DNA of 64,000 nt from Nemertoderma westbladi. Lineage: Eukaryota; Animalia; Xenacoelomorpha. This document shows positions 14,485 to 25,627 of this stretch, piece after piece. How positions within the stretch are numbered: the first letter of the stretch is position 1; every line of letters starts with the position of its first letter. The translations under genes were made by a program, and so were the position numbers. The notes beneath the pieces are model-generated. The model did not search any database. It was not told where the DNA came from and saw only the letters and a list, made by a program, of their open reading frames with translations. The DNA lies in the NCBI GenBank assembly GCA_032718475.1, contig JAUCBJ010002178.1, forward strand, positions 38,219 through 102,218, read 5' to 3'.

Positions 14485-16110
14485 TCAGCGCATTGCGTAA
14501 AAATGACTTGTTATGTCCGGAAAAGCTTTTACAAGCAATGAGACACCTCCAATGTTATATAGTGTCTGGTTGGAGATGTGTGCATTGAACTTGACACAAT
14601 GAACCCGGCGTGGCATTCTTGTGAATGTGCCATCCAGAGATTTGGTGTCCTCAGCAAGAGCCCAACATGGACTCTCATAGAGGAGTACTGGAACTACTGC
14701 TGCTCTAAATAATCGGACCTTAAGTTTCCGATTAATTCTCGGTGACTTCCAAGTCCTGGAAGGCCTATTCAAGGCTGCCCATGCCTTTCCCTTATGTATT
14801 CGAAGGTCCTCACCTGACTTCCGGATCCATGATCCCAGGTAACAGAAATCATCCACATGCTCAAGCATACCATATTTTGAGCTTATGCTCATCCGATCAG
14901 AGACTTGCTGAGGACTTTCAAAGTTAACTGTCAAAATTTTGGTCTTTCTGGAGTTAATAAAAAGACCAAGACAAGAAGCAGCATGTTCTAATGAGCTGAG
15001 GAGCCGTTGGGATCCCTTTAGTGATTCTGAGAGTACTCCTAAGTCATCAGCAAAGTCTGGATCTGTTAGGTACTTGGCAGGATTTCCTCGACTTCTGGAG
15101 CCAGTAGGTGGAGTTATCATCACCCCATCATCATTATGATGATCTAAGGACATGCGTAGAACATAGTCAACAACAATTATGAATAAGAATGGTGCAAGTG
15201 TGTCTCCCTGGAGGACGCCCCATAACACTTCAAATGGTTCTGTGTCACCGTCAACGTAGACACAAATGTTGTCGAACCATCGTATGCATACTGATCTGAT
15301 TGCTGCAATAATTTCATCAGGAATCCCATATAATGAAAGTATGCTGAACATACGTGAGCGAGAGACTGAATCAAAAGCCTTGAAGAAGTCAACAAAGATA
15401 ACAGCCAGATGCCTATCTTTCTTTTTTGATAACTCTTCAATTATCCTTCTAAGTGTCAAAATGGGCTCCATGGTCCCACGACCTTTACGGAACCCATTCT
15501 GATTTCCACGGAGCAGTCTCTCAATGGGATCCCTGATGCGATTTAATAGAATTCTATTGTATAGCTTTGCAGCAATCGAGATCAATGAGATTCCCCGAAA
15601 AGAACCATAGAGTGTTAGGTTGCCCTTCTTGGGAACTAGCACCAACTTATTTGTTTTCATTTCTTGTGGGACTCTTGTTGTACGGTACATGTCTACTATG
15701 ATGGGATAGATGAGCATTAAACACTCAGGTATTTTAAAGACCTCAGGGGGAACACCATCTACTCCACTGGCACGATTGGTCTTAATGCTCTTTGCAGCAG
15801 CCTTCACTTCTGCAAAGGAGATATCGCCAATGGGAATATCTGGGAGTACAGACTCAGACACTTTTACTTATATAAAGTTATCAGGCAACACCCTGTCATT
15901 ATTGAGGAGCTTTTCAAAGTGGGCCTTCCAACCATTGAGGCGATCGGCTGGTGATTCAGCCTTAACCTTGGTGGTTGGTTGGCATTTTCGACCAGCAAGC
16001 AAGTTGATCGATCTCCATGCCTGGGATGATTGCCTGCTGTCGTCAGCATCATTGATGGCATCAACCTGTTGGTTTATAAGCTCCTGTAAATTAACAGAGT
16101 ACTGCCTGTT
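14485..16110 (-). mobile_element. RTE-clade LINE, 5'-truncated, with 458-aa reverse transcriptase ORF
   Basis: ORF 14485-15861 has RT motifs PKKG..RGISL, QNGFR, FVDFFKAFDSV, GVLQGDTLAPFLF, FADD and YLGS. The upstream ORF 15868-16158 is the linker (W..HF.KLLN). Confidence 0.92.
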
Positions 16111-16144
16111 CAGGGACCTAGGACCTGGGACCAGGGACCTAGGA

Positions 16145-16861
16145 CCATATTGGTCCAAAGTATGTCGAATTTTTTTTTATGGTCTACTATAATTATGTTG
16201 AAAGGTGTTTCCAAATCTGAAAACCGCTATTTAATAGCTCTTTTAGTTTTAAAGTTATGTAAATTTCCATTTAGGGAATCCTATTGAAATTACTATTACT
16301 ATGTATAATGAAAGGTCGATTATCTCCAAATATGTTTTTCATGAAATTGTCAACTTTAACACCCTACTACTTCTACAATTTTTGAGTAATTATTCTGAAA
16401 CTTCCTGTGGGTGTCTAGATAGCCACCCTGCGTAAAAGTATCACACAACTTTTCGAAATTTTTTGTTAATAAAATTTAATACTATTTATAAAAAACCTAA
16501 AAATTTGCGTAAATTTGCAGCGCCACCTAGCGGTGCAGAATTATTTCAACAAAATTTCGCCTGATAGATATGTTGCCCCATCTTTGATCTATCATATAAA
16601 ATAAACTTTCATGTGATTAGATTCAAAACTGTAAAAGCCTTAGGGTTTTAAGCGCAACCAAGTTTTTTTTTTGTTAACTAGTATTAACTAATATTAAATA
16701 GCGGAAATAAAATTTCTGAACTGTCATGTAGAATAGCATCTTAGGCACCTATATGCCAAAGTTTAGCCAAAACCAAACAATTTTGAAACGCTGAGAGTGA
16801 TAAATCGAAGAGTTGTCCGAAAATGGTGTACCCCCCCCCCCCCCCCCCCCCCCCCCATTAA
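16145..16861 (-). mobile_element. Terminal fragment of a probable Kolobok-like DNA transposon
   Basis: Ends aaaatggtgtac(C)n-attaa, i.e. TTAA then a G-run and GTACACC on the minus strand. The other terminus was not found. Confidence 0.4.
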
Positions 16862-17831
16862 ATTAAGTTGAGATAGTGAAATTAAATGTTATAATAAAAA
16901 CAAAAACTAATCCTACAACATTTCACAAAAAAATATTTAAAGATTTTCAGTATCCAAACTGTCTACAGATTTTCACAGCATCGCAGATTTCGCGATCAAT
17001 CATCACAGAAGAGCTTCACCATTTTTTCACTTCTGTTGATCGTGCAGACCTCAAAGCGTCATTTTAGTGGGGGTAGGCACCATGAAAACAACACAAAAAT
17101 TATTATTTCTCGAGATATTCGTCAAAAGGTAAATGATTGCTCAACTTACCATTAGCGCATCAATGAGATAAGGAATATTACAAAAAAAAAGGTGCCTTTA
17201 ATTATTCCACAGAATTAAAAATGTGCTAATTCGATCCGCAATGGTCTCTTTAGTGGGTGTAGACGACATCAAAACGACAGTACTGTTAGTAGTTTTCAAT
17301 ATATTATACGAACAATGTAGATAGGCTCTTTCAAATAACACTCAAATGAGTCGATCAACACTTTGTACTATATCTCGGGAACTAATTATTCTACTGTCGT
17401 TTTGATGGTGTCTACACCAACTAAATCGACGATTGCTGATCGAATTAGCACATTTGTAATTCTGTGGGATAATTAGAAGCACCTTTTTTTGTAATATTCC
17501 AATATATCATTGATGCGCTAATGGTAAATTGAGCTATCATTTACCTTTAGAGGAATATCTCGAGAACTAATAATTCTTGTGTTGTTTTCATGGTGTCTAC
17601 CCCACTAAAATGACGTTTGATATTCAAATGAGACAATTATGAGGCCTGTACGATCAACAGAAGTGAAAAATTGAGAAGTTCTTTTGTTGCGATTGATCAC
17701 GACATCTGCGATGCCTTGAAAATCTGTAGACAGTTTGGATACTGAACATCTTGAAATATTTGTTGTGAAATGTTGTAGGATTAGTCTTTGTTTTGATTAT
17801 AAAATTTTATTTTTACTAACTCAACTTAATT
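16861..17831. repeat. Large imperfect inverted repeat (foldback), arms ~430 bp
   Basis: aattaagttgag...cagtatccaaactgtctacagattttc...accattagcgcatcaatga is mirrored by tcattgatgcgctaatggt...gaaaatctgtagacagtttggatactg...ctcaacttaatt. Confidence 0.9.
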
Positions 17832-17944
17832 TGAACAAAAAAAATGTGTTTGTCCCATCATCTTAGGAATTAATATAAACCAACATTATTACACATACGT
17901 TCCATTCGCCAATCCCATTTATGTCATTATTGGGCCTACTGAAC

Positions 17945-18240
17945 TGTGTCTGCACCACCCCTATATTTCAACTCATATAATTAATTTTTGTGTTAAAAAC
18001 TTCACATTAACAAGATTATCTAGATAAACTACTTCAGGACTGGATATAATAGATCTAACACCTAAAATATGATAACTGAAAATTTACGATGTGACAATTT
18101 TTATAATTTTCCAGTTTTTGAAAAAAAAGAAATGTCTGTACCACCCCTATGCATCAACTCAATCAAAAAATTTTCATAAGTAAATCTTCACAATCACCAT
18201 ATGATTAAATTAAACTACTTGAGGACTGCAAATTTCACAT
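17945..18240. repeat. Diverged direct repeat, period about 190 bp
   Basis: tgtctg.accacccctat..tcaactca..cttcaca..taaactactt.aggactg at ~17946 and ~18133. Confidence 0.6.
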
Positions 18241-19429
18241 TTGAAAATGGCAGGTTGAAATGCAAAAAAAAACTATCATCATTTTCATCACTATCATCAT
18301 GTCATTTTTCAATATTTTGGGTCTGATGTACCATCCCTTAATTTTAATATTTTTTGAAAAAAATTTGTATATAATGTTTTGAGGTGAAATGCAATGGGAA
18401 AATTCACTTGAGCAATGAAAATAAGTGTTTTGTTGAAACACCCTAAGCCACACTTAGGGCAGATTAATTACGTTTTAGGTTAGTAGAGCGCAGTTTTCTA
18501 ATATTGTAATTAATTATACTGCAGGTAATGATAATATGCGACGCTTTTATTCGACATTGAGGGAGAAGTACGTACTAAAAATAATACATACAGTAGGTAT
18601 TAATTTATGCATTGCGTGGTCTTTAGAACTACCGTTTCTACACAAAACCAACATACGTATGAGTCGGATTGTCTCCAGCATATTTCAGAGCTGATTGTAA
18701 GAGTACCGCGGTGAAACGCCAAATACCGGTCATAAGGAACAATCTCATAAAGGTTAAGCTCGCCATCTCGCTGGGGAATCAATCGCCTGGATTATTGCTA
18801 ATAAAGAGGCGACTTTATTTACACAACACCACAGTTACCAGAAGAAAGTCCTGGTGTGGTAAATGTGGCCCAGCGCAGGATATTTTCTGTCGAGGCAAAT
18901 ATTGGGCTTCTATAGCATGAAGCAGGGTTAACAACTGCCAACCAGAAAAGTTGCAGAGTCCATCGAGGTTATGGAAAGGTTATGTTTAGCTGCAAGTCGT
19001 TTTCAAGTCGGAGTCGGACTATTGCGGAGGTGACCATAATGACCCGAAGAACCATTCTTTGTCTAAAGTACTGTACAAAGCCGAGGTACAATACTATAGT
19101 TACAGTAAAAGAGTTAACAGACACTTACAGTAGAGCGTGAAAACAACCACCACGTCTACAGTAAATTTTACTACCTTTGTTTTAGAGATATTTACTGTCA
19201 GCTTGTTGCTTTTCCGTTACCTAAATAACCAGGTAAGTAAAATATAGGACCTCTTTGCAATTAATCTGCAATGATTTAGAGGTAATCCTATGTGTTTTGA
19301 TGTACAATACCTACCGGGACATTATATACACTGTTTGTGTGTATTGTTATTACTTTTTACATAATATATAAATAAATATTATACAGTACAGTATCACCAA
19401 ATAAACAGGATTACTTATTCTAAATTTTG

Positions 19430-19435
19430 TTTATT
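19430..19435 (-). terminator. Candidate polyadenylation signal (AATAAA) of the lectin gene
   Basis: tttatt on the + strand, immediately downstream (minus-strand sense) of the 3' UTR minisatellite, about 250 nt after the stop codon. Confidence 0.5.
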
Positions 19436-19440
19436 TTAGT

Positions 19441-19720
19441 TAAAATTAATTGGAAACTGCGCTTAAACCATCATTACTTCATAAAGTTAATTGGAATAGT
19501 GCGCGTAAAGCCTCACTTTATAAAATTAATTGGAAAAGTGTGCGTAAACCATCATTACTTCATAAAATTAATTGGAAAAGTGCACCTAAACCATCATTAC
19601 TTCATAAAGTTAATTTGAATAGTGCGCATAAACCCTCACTTCATAAAATTAATTGGAATAGTGCGCGTAAACCCCCACTTCATAAAATTAATTTGAATAG
19701 TGCGCGTAAACCCTCACTTC
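19441..19720. repeat. Minisatellite, 7 units of about 39-42 bp, derived from the lectin C-terminus and stop codon
   Basis: Unit on the minus strand is GAAGTGAGGGTTTACGCGCACTATTCAAATTAATTTTAT. The copy at 19682-19720 overlaps the coding end. Confidence 0.92.
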
Positions 19721-19894
19721 ACAGATGTTCATTTCTTGACCATTGTCGCTGAAGATAACAACATATCTTCCTCTCTTTCCGTTGCAGTTAATTTGAGTTA
19801 GCCAATTTCCATTTGGAACAGTTCCGCACAAAGGTTCACCATTCCATCTTAGGCCATTCAGCAAAGCTGATGAAACGCTGTTTACAACATGAAC
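19688..19894 (-). CDS. Terminal coding exon of host gene: C-terminal half of the F-type lectin domain
   Basis: Acceptor attatttatttaag|, phase 0. Translates VHVVNSVSSALLNGLRWNGEPLCGTVPNGNWLTQINCNGKRGRYVVIFSDNGQEMNICEVRVYAHYSN*, with the C..C..GRYV..CEVxV signature of the F-type lectin C-terminal half. It has no start codon, so it is absent from the ORF track. Confidence 0.9.
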   Translation of the reverse strand, partial: VHVVNSVSSALLNGLRWNGEPLCGTVPNGNWLTQINCNGKRGRYVVIFSDNGQEMNICEVRVYAHYSN

Positions 19895-20324
19895 CTTAAA
19901 TAAATAATTTTAAAATAATTACTACCTTTATTCAGTAGGACTCATAGATAAATATAATTATTATAAACTACTGTACATCGCATTCTATAAATCAGATAAT
20001 TGAGATTTGGTCGGTCAAGAGTTAATTGTTTTGAGTTTAATAGTGATTTTTCTGATGCGTGTATGTGAACCTGTATGGGTGGGAAGTTGGATGGATGAGG
20101 AGAGGATACAGAAACTTGGGAATGTGCGAAGGTGGGTGGGAATGTGCAACTACTCGTCACCTTCAAGGCAGGACCCCCTAAGTAGATTTTTCTAGTTATG
20201 AGATAATCGATAAAAACTGTTGATTTTTAAGATTGCCTCAGTTTACTTGTTATTGTGTTTTTTGACAACTAAATATATATAGAATTCATATAACTAAACT
20301 TTCAATTTGATTTAGAATCACCTT

Positions 20325-20520
20325 TGAAATATATTGCGGTTTTTTTGTAAAAATTCTGACTTATGGTGTTTTGCCAAAATAAGGGGGATCACCGTTTTCT
20401 GGTATTATCCCGTAACTATATGATAGTTGCGGGATATTGCCTAGAAAACAAGGTATCCTCAATTTGGCAAAACACCATAAGTCCGAATTTCTACAAAAAA
20501 CACGCAAAATATATCAAATA
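20325..20520. mobile_element. Small hairpin MITE or inverted repeat
   Basis: ttttttgtaaaaattctgacttatggtgttttgccaaa is mirrored by tttggcaaaacaccataagtccgaatttctacaaaaaa. Confidence 0.75.
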
Positions 20521-20800
20521 ATAGCCAAGGCCTATCGTGCGTCCTTAATTATTTAGTGCGTAGTGCGCACGTAATACATGTGCGCATTTGTTATTAGTTA
20601 GTACGTGCTATCTAACATGTTAAATAGCACATGGGCAGGTGTTAGTATTACCTGTGGACGCAATAATAACAAATAAACACATACAATATAGCTAACACAC
20701 TTGCGCACATGTTGGAAATTTTTTAATTCAAAATTCTAAAGGCTCCGTAAGTTTTTGATAATTTGGTATTAATTGCTTCTAAAATAAGTACGGGACTGTA

Positions 20801-21382
20801 TACTGCCGTCCTAAGGCAGACCCATGTAACTTTAATTTTGACGAAAATGAGATATTGGTATCATTTTAAAGCTTACGGCGAGCTCTATCTGGTGGTACTG
20901 TAGAACTTAATAGAGTGCATCTAAACTCTAAAGGGTTTAAAAAGGGGGTAGAATGTACAGTAACTACATTATATGAATTTGTTAAGGCATGCCAAGGCAG
21001 AACCATGTAACCCTAATGTGATAATGACACTCCATGTAAGCGCACACCATGTATCTCATGCGAGTTACATTGTTTTTTTGGGCTTAGGAACAGCTGTTGA
21101 AATTTATATAATTTACATGATGTAATATAATTACTGGTTAGAATTTGTAAGGTAAATCCATGTAACTCGAAAATCAAAATAAAATAAATTGTTTAAATAG
21201 CTAGCTTAAGTTTGGAGCTCTAAGACTTTCTAGGTATTTAAATAAACTATTTGACTGAACTTTAGTTTTGAAAATGTTCACACAGACATTCACATGTTTT
21301 CGTGCAGATTCGATAACTTTAGGTTGATTTTTCTCAAAACTCGATTTTTTGAGTTACATGGTTTTGCCTTAGGAGGACAGTA
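20801..21382. mobile_element. TA-flanked MITE with ~30-bp TIRs
   Basis: TA|TACTGCCGTCCTAAGGCAGACCCATGTAACT ... AGTTACATGGTTTTGCCTTAGGAGGACAGTA|TA. The ccatgtaac motif is repeated internally. Confidence 0.85.
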
Positions 21383-24300
21383 TAGTTAGAATCATGTATC
21401 AATACAAATTGAACAAAATGTAGCCAAATGCAGAACTTTAAGAACAAAATTTAGATTCAAGCAAGCGGAACTATAAGTATAAAAATTAGCCATGATATGT
21501 GGTACTCTACAGTAAGAACAAAGTCTAGCTACAGGGTTACAGCTACGTTAAAGTTAAAGTAAAGTAAACTTACAGTACGTCATGATGAATAATTAAATAC
21601 TGTTTTTTCTACAGTACGTGGCAACATTTTGAGCAACTCTATCAGCAACTTGGTGAGCAGGTCAGGTTGCCGATCAAGTTGCTCTATGTAAACGCGAAGT
21701 TTGTTGCTGTAAAAGATGCCTCATATAACGGAGACTAAAAGTCAATGTCTCAAAATTCAAATTAAGTTGCTAGTTGCTGACCATGAAAAGTCCAGTAGTA
21801 TACCGCCTACCGGATCCTAGTAACGATGTACCTTACTGTAAGATCTAGTAGTGTATACGGGCTCGTACAGTATCTGACAATAAATCCCAGTCCAGGGTGT
21901 CTCAATAAACAGATACTAAGTATGCAAACTACTACTGGCGAGGAACGGAGCCTGGTGTCTATTCTAATACGTGGGTGAATCAAATGCCCGTGCGAACTAG
22001 ACAAAACAGGATACCCGGCCTCTCACCGGTGAGGCAGATGTACAGTCTACAATAACAGACCAAACTCACGGGAAAACAATATCGCAGCGAATCCTAACTA
22101 TCGTTAACAGACCTAAATACCGTAAACTTGCCGCGGTGTGATTTATATGGTTTATATATGAGCTAGTGGATTAACAGACTAGCGTAACAATACTGCCGAC
22201 ATAAAAGACAGTCAAAAGGTAATATGCTCCTTTGCCGTAAATCTAAATACTAAATATCTCCTAAAATTACAAACTACGAATGGTAAAACTACAGAATAGA
22301 TCCTACTGAAAAGTAACTTAAAAGTAATCAATAGCTAGTAGGTCTCGAAAGGGGGTATATATGTTTTAGGGTGTGTGTGTGTGTGTGTGTAGGTGTGTGT
22401 GTGGGTGTTTGTAGAACCCCTAAAGGTCTAACTACACAGCAGCTTTTTAGGCTAAAGTGCTAACTTTTTTAAAGTGCTAATTTAAAGTACTAACCAAACC
22501 TGCCAAATGAATTCTAAAGCCATGATTGGTCCAAATTTGCTTTCAGTTTGGCTGTTAGCACTTTAAAGTTTTTGCAAACTCGGACATGTGTATGTGTATA
22601 TTGCGATGCGCCCCCTAGCGTCTCATGTGTGCATCACTATATTGGCTGAATCCTCTGTAGAGCTAACTTTGTGTGTAAATGTTAGCAGTATAACATTTTG
22701 ATAGTAAAGTTAATATAGTGCTAACTGCGCTGTGTAAATGTTAGTAGTAAAATATTTTAAAAGTAAATTGAGTATAATGTAGTGCTAACCTAGTATGAAA
22801 ATGATGGCAGTCATGATGAACTAATTGATTGCTTTTTATGAGACGTAACAATGTCGTCGAGTTAGCACTTTATAATTTCTGCCATCGCAAAATATTTATC
22901 ACAAACACACTTTCCAATGTTTTGTAAATCAGACAACATAAAGTAAGGCAATGCTTTTTTTATTAACAATAAAATGTCTGGAGTTAGGACTTTATACTGT
23001 ATGATTTCTGCGGTCGCAAAATATTAAAATCAAACACAAAATCCAATAATGGAATCATGAAAAAATGTTATATATATTTATTTTAAATATATTATTTAAA
23101 TATATATATTTAAATATATATTTAATATATTTTAAATGGTGATTTCTTCTGTGTGTGCGACGGAATATTTCCTGTGTGTAGGTGTGTGTGTGTGTGTGTT
23201 ACAAATAAAACAATTTTGGTGAATCTCCGTCGTACTAGGTTGTAGTGATTTTGAGCAAAAACAATACTGGGCGCTAGCTACTAAAATAAGCTAGTCGCGC
23301 TCTGTAGGTTCAATACTTACAAACTGACGTCAAAGCTCTCTCCTCCTTATCCACAACTCAACCGGGCAATTACGGTGTTAGTAACTAAACCCGTGATCGG
23401 CACTAATACCAGATTCTGGTTGTATGATAAGAGAATAGGTCTTAATTGCTACCGTACGTTAGCTGATCTGGTATACTAATTTGATTCTAGAACTTTGTTA
23501 CTGCGATGGTTAGCAGTAAATATCTATCAGTACGTGGCAAGGCGCAGTAGGATGTTAGTAACCTCCCTAGGCCAAGCATGTGCCGGTAGCAGAAACTGCT
23601 CCTTGCCTGATCAAATATTTCGGGCTCAGACAGGTATAAACTACAAAGTGAATCGGTACAGAACTGTCAGTACTGCAAATCACTAAATTATAAAGCGTGT
23701 GCTATCCGCACCTAAAGTGTACTTGCGCGTACTAACGAACAGCAATGGCTCACACCTGTAGGGAATACAGGTTAATCCAGGGATTTGGTACTTGTTCTGT
23801 CTAAATCGGAAATATTTGATCCTACATTTTATGGCGTCCCAGGACGGCGTCACGCTTACACTGATCTATAGGTCTTACTGTGGGCAACGGCGTCAAACAA
23901 AGTCTTACCTTCCTCTGAAGTGGGCGCTGTATGGCAAAAGGGCATTTTCGAATGGGCGTGCGGGCGAATCTAAAGTGGGCGTTAGTGTGTCGTGGACATC
24001 TTTCCCTGCGTTGCTGACGGCCTAACGATTTAGGCAGCCATTTCACAAATGTTCGGCTGTCCCAAAGGTGGACTTAGTAAAATATACATGTTCAAGAGTT
24101 TACAGTATATTTACGTAATTTACAAAACTTATCACTTAACTTTACAATAATTACAAATGTTGTGCAAGATAAGTAAGCAAGTAAATTGTATAGTGATAAC
24201 CGAAGGCTAAACCGCCCTTATATAGCAAATCTGGGACATAGAATCCACTAGAACATTCCAGGACATTCCATGGCCTCACATTGGAGCAATAAGATGTTTG

Positions 24301-24390
24301 ATGCCCTATGATTGTCCCAACTCATCATTCCACATGTTGTACGCACCTCATTGGCCTATCTAGTTTAATCAAATCGAAAATTAATAGCCC

Positions 24391-24474
24391 AAAAATGGAA
24401 ATTCCCGACTGGGATTCGAACCCGTAACCTACCTATAATGCAACCAACGCCTTAACCCATCTGACCACTGTGCC
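24391..24474 (-). ncRNA. tRNA-derived sequence (Pol III A and B boxes plus T5 terminator); not a functional tRNA
   Basis: Minus strand: GGCACAGTGGTCAGATGGGTTAAGGCG...GGGTTCGAATCCCAGTCGGGAATTTCCATTTTT. A box TGGTCAGATGG, B box GGTTCGAATCC. Acceptor and anticodon stems do not pair. Confidence 0.7.
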
Positions 24475-25079
24475 AATAGAGTCATCAATGAACTAATATC
24501 TACTATTAGGAATAGGCATATTACATTACTACAAATTAAGTCAAAAATACGTCGGATTTAGGAGACTTAAGAGTTTTGTCGGCTTTTGGCTCAACTTTGC
24601 TCTAAAACCCCTACCCATTTGCCTAAGATTTCGGTTTCGCGTGATTTCGGACTGGCTCCTAATCCGAAAAAAATGTGCCGATAAAAAACGAATTCCGGGT
24701 AAACTAGCCGCGAGTCTAAAATACTTACCTTTTAATCCCAAACTACTTCCCAAGAAAATAAAGCAGTCGAGAATTAATTCAGTCTAAAATATAATAATAG
24801 ACACGACTGTGCGGAACAAGGCCGATTTTCTTTTTCAAAAATATATCGGTAGGCTCGCAAGCCTTCCATCCGCTCTTGTCCCTCCCCAATTTTTGATTCT
24901 ATCCAACTGTATCCTAGAATTCGTCCACTGTAGAATCGTTTTTCTTAAATTTAAATCCAACTAAATGGATTTGTCTAATAATTTTTGAAAAATTGACTCA
25001 CTTGCGGGTTCCAAGTGATATTCCATTCCTACTGTACACACAATCTCGCTCCTATGTGATACATAAGGGTACTACCCTC

Positions 25080-25520
25080 TGTTGTAACACATATCAGCTG
25101 GCGATATTGCCTCCACTGAAATCCAAATATTACAATTAGGAGTTCTCAGCTGGGAGCCGAGTCACTGATTGGTTTGTTGTAAATTGGTAATGTAATAGAT
25201 TTACTGTAGGGAAACCTCTCGTTATCACCATATTTAATCAGCTGATTGATACTCAGATTTCCTGTGACTTTATTAATACCAATCAGTATTCCGTTATGAT
25301 TAGTGTATTGCCCTGCGCTTACCCTTTGTATTATATTAGTATTCATTTATCATCCATATTTATGTACTTTCAATAATAACTGCCAGGGAATTTCGAAAGC
25401 ATTAAAATGTAACACATTAAATGTAACGTAACAATAAACTGACATTTTGTATTCCACATATAACGATCTTTCAATTTTCTAACAATTTAATCGAAAGCCA
25501 GCCACAACTATGGCTTTACA
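25080..25520 (+). repeat. 5' LTR of young BEL element
   Basis: TGTTGTAACA...GGCTTTACA, direct repeat of 32509-32949. AATAAA at ~25433. Confidence 0.97.
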
Positions 25521-25522
25521 TT

Positions 25523-25540
25523 TGGTTCCGATGCCGGGAA
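25523..25540 (+). promoter_or_regulatory. Primer binding site, probably tRNA-Glu
   Basis: TGGTTCCGATGCCGGGAA starts 2 nt after the 5' LTR. Its complement ...TTCCCGGCATCGGAA-CCA resembles eukaryotic tRNA-Glu 3' ends. Confidence 0.75.
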
Positions 25541-25627
25541 CCCTTCTGATGAGTTAAGTTTCTTTCTTCTCCGAATCCAATAGTTTCTCGTTCGCTCCTC
25601 GTCGACTCGTTTACCAAACACATCAAA

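Noticed and set aside
19450-19752. 100-aa plus-strand repeat ORF
   Set aside because: Antisense of the lectin terminal exon and its in-frame minisatellite.
19867-19885. CTGATGA suggesting a hammerhead core
   Set aside because: No correctly placed GAAA after stem II. It is the antisense of lectin coding sequence.
24391-24474. Functional tRNA gene
   Set aside because: Acceptor and anticodon stems do not pair. Kept only as a tRNA-derived sequence.
25146-25346. Duplicated 66-aa ORF (also 32575-32775)
   Set aside because: Antisense reading of the two LTRs, with no coding evidence.
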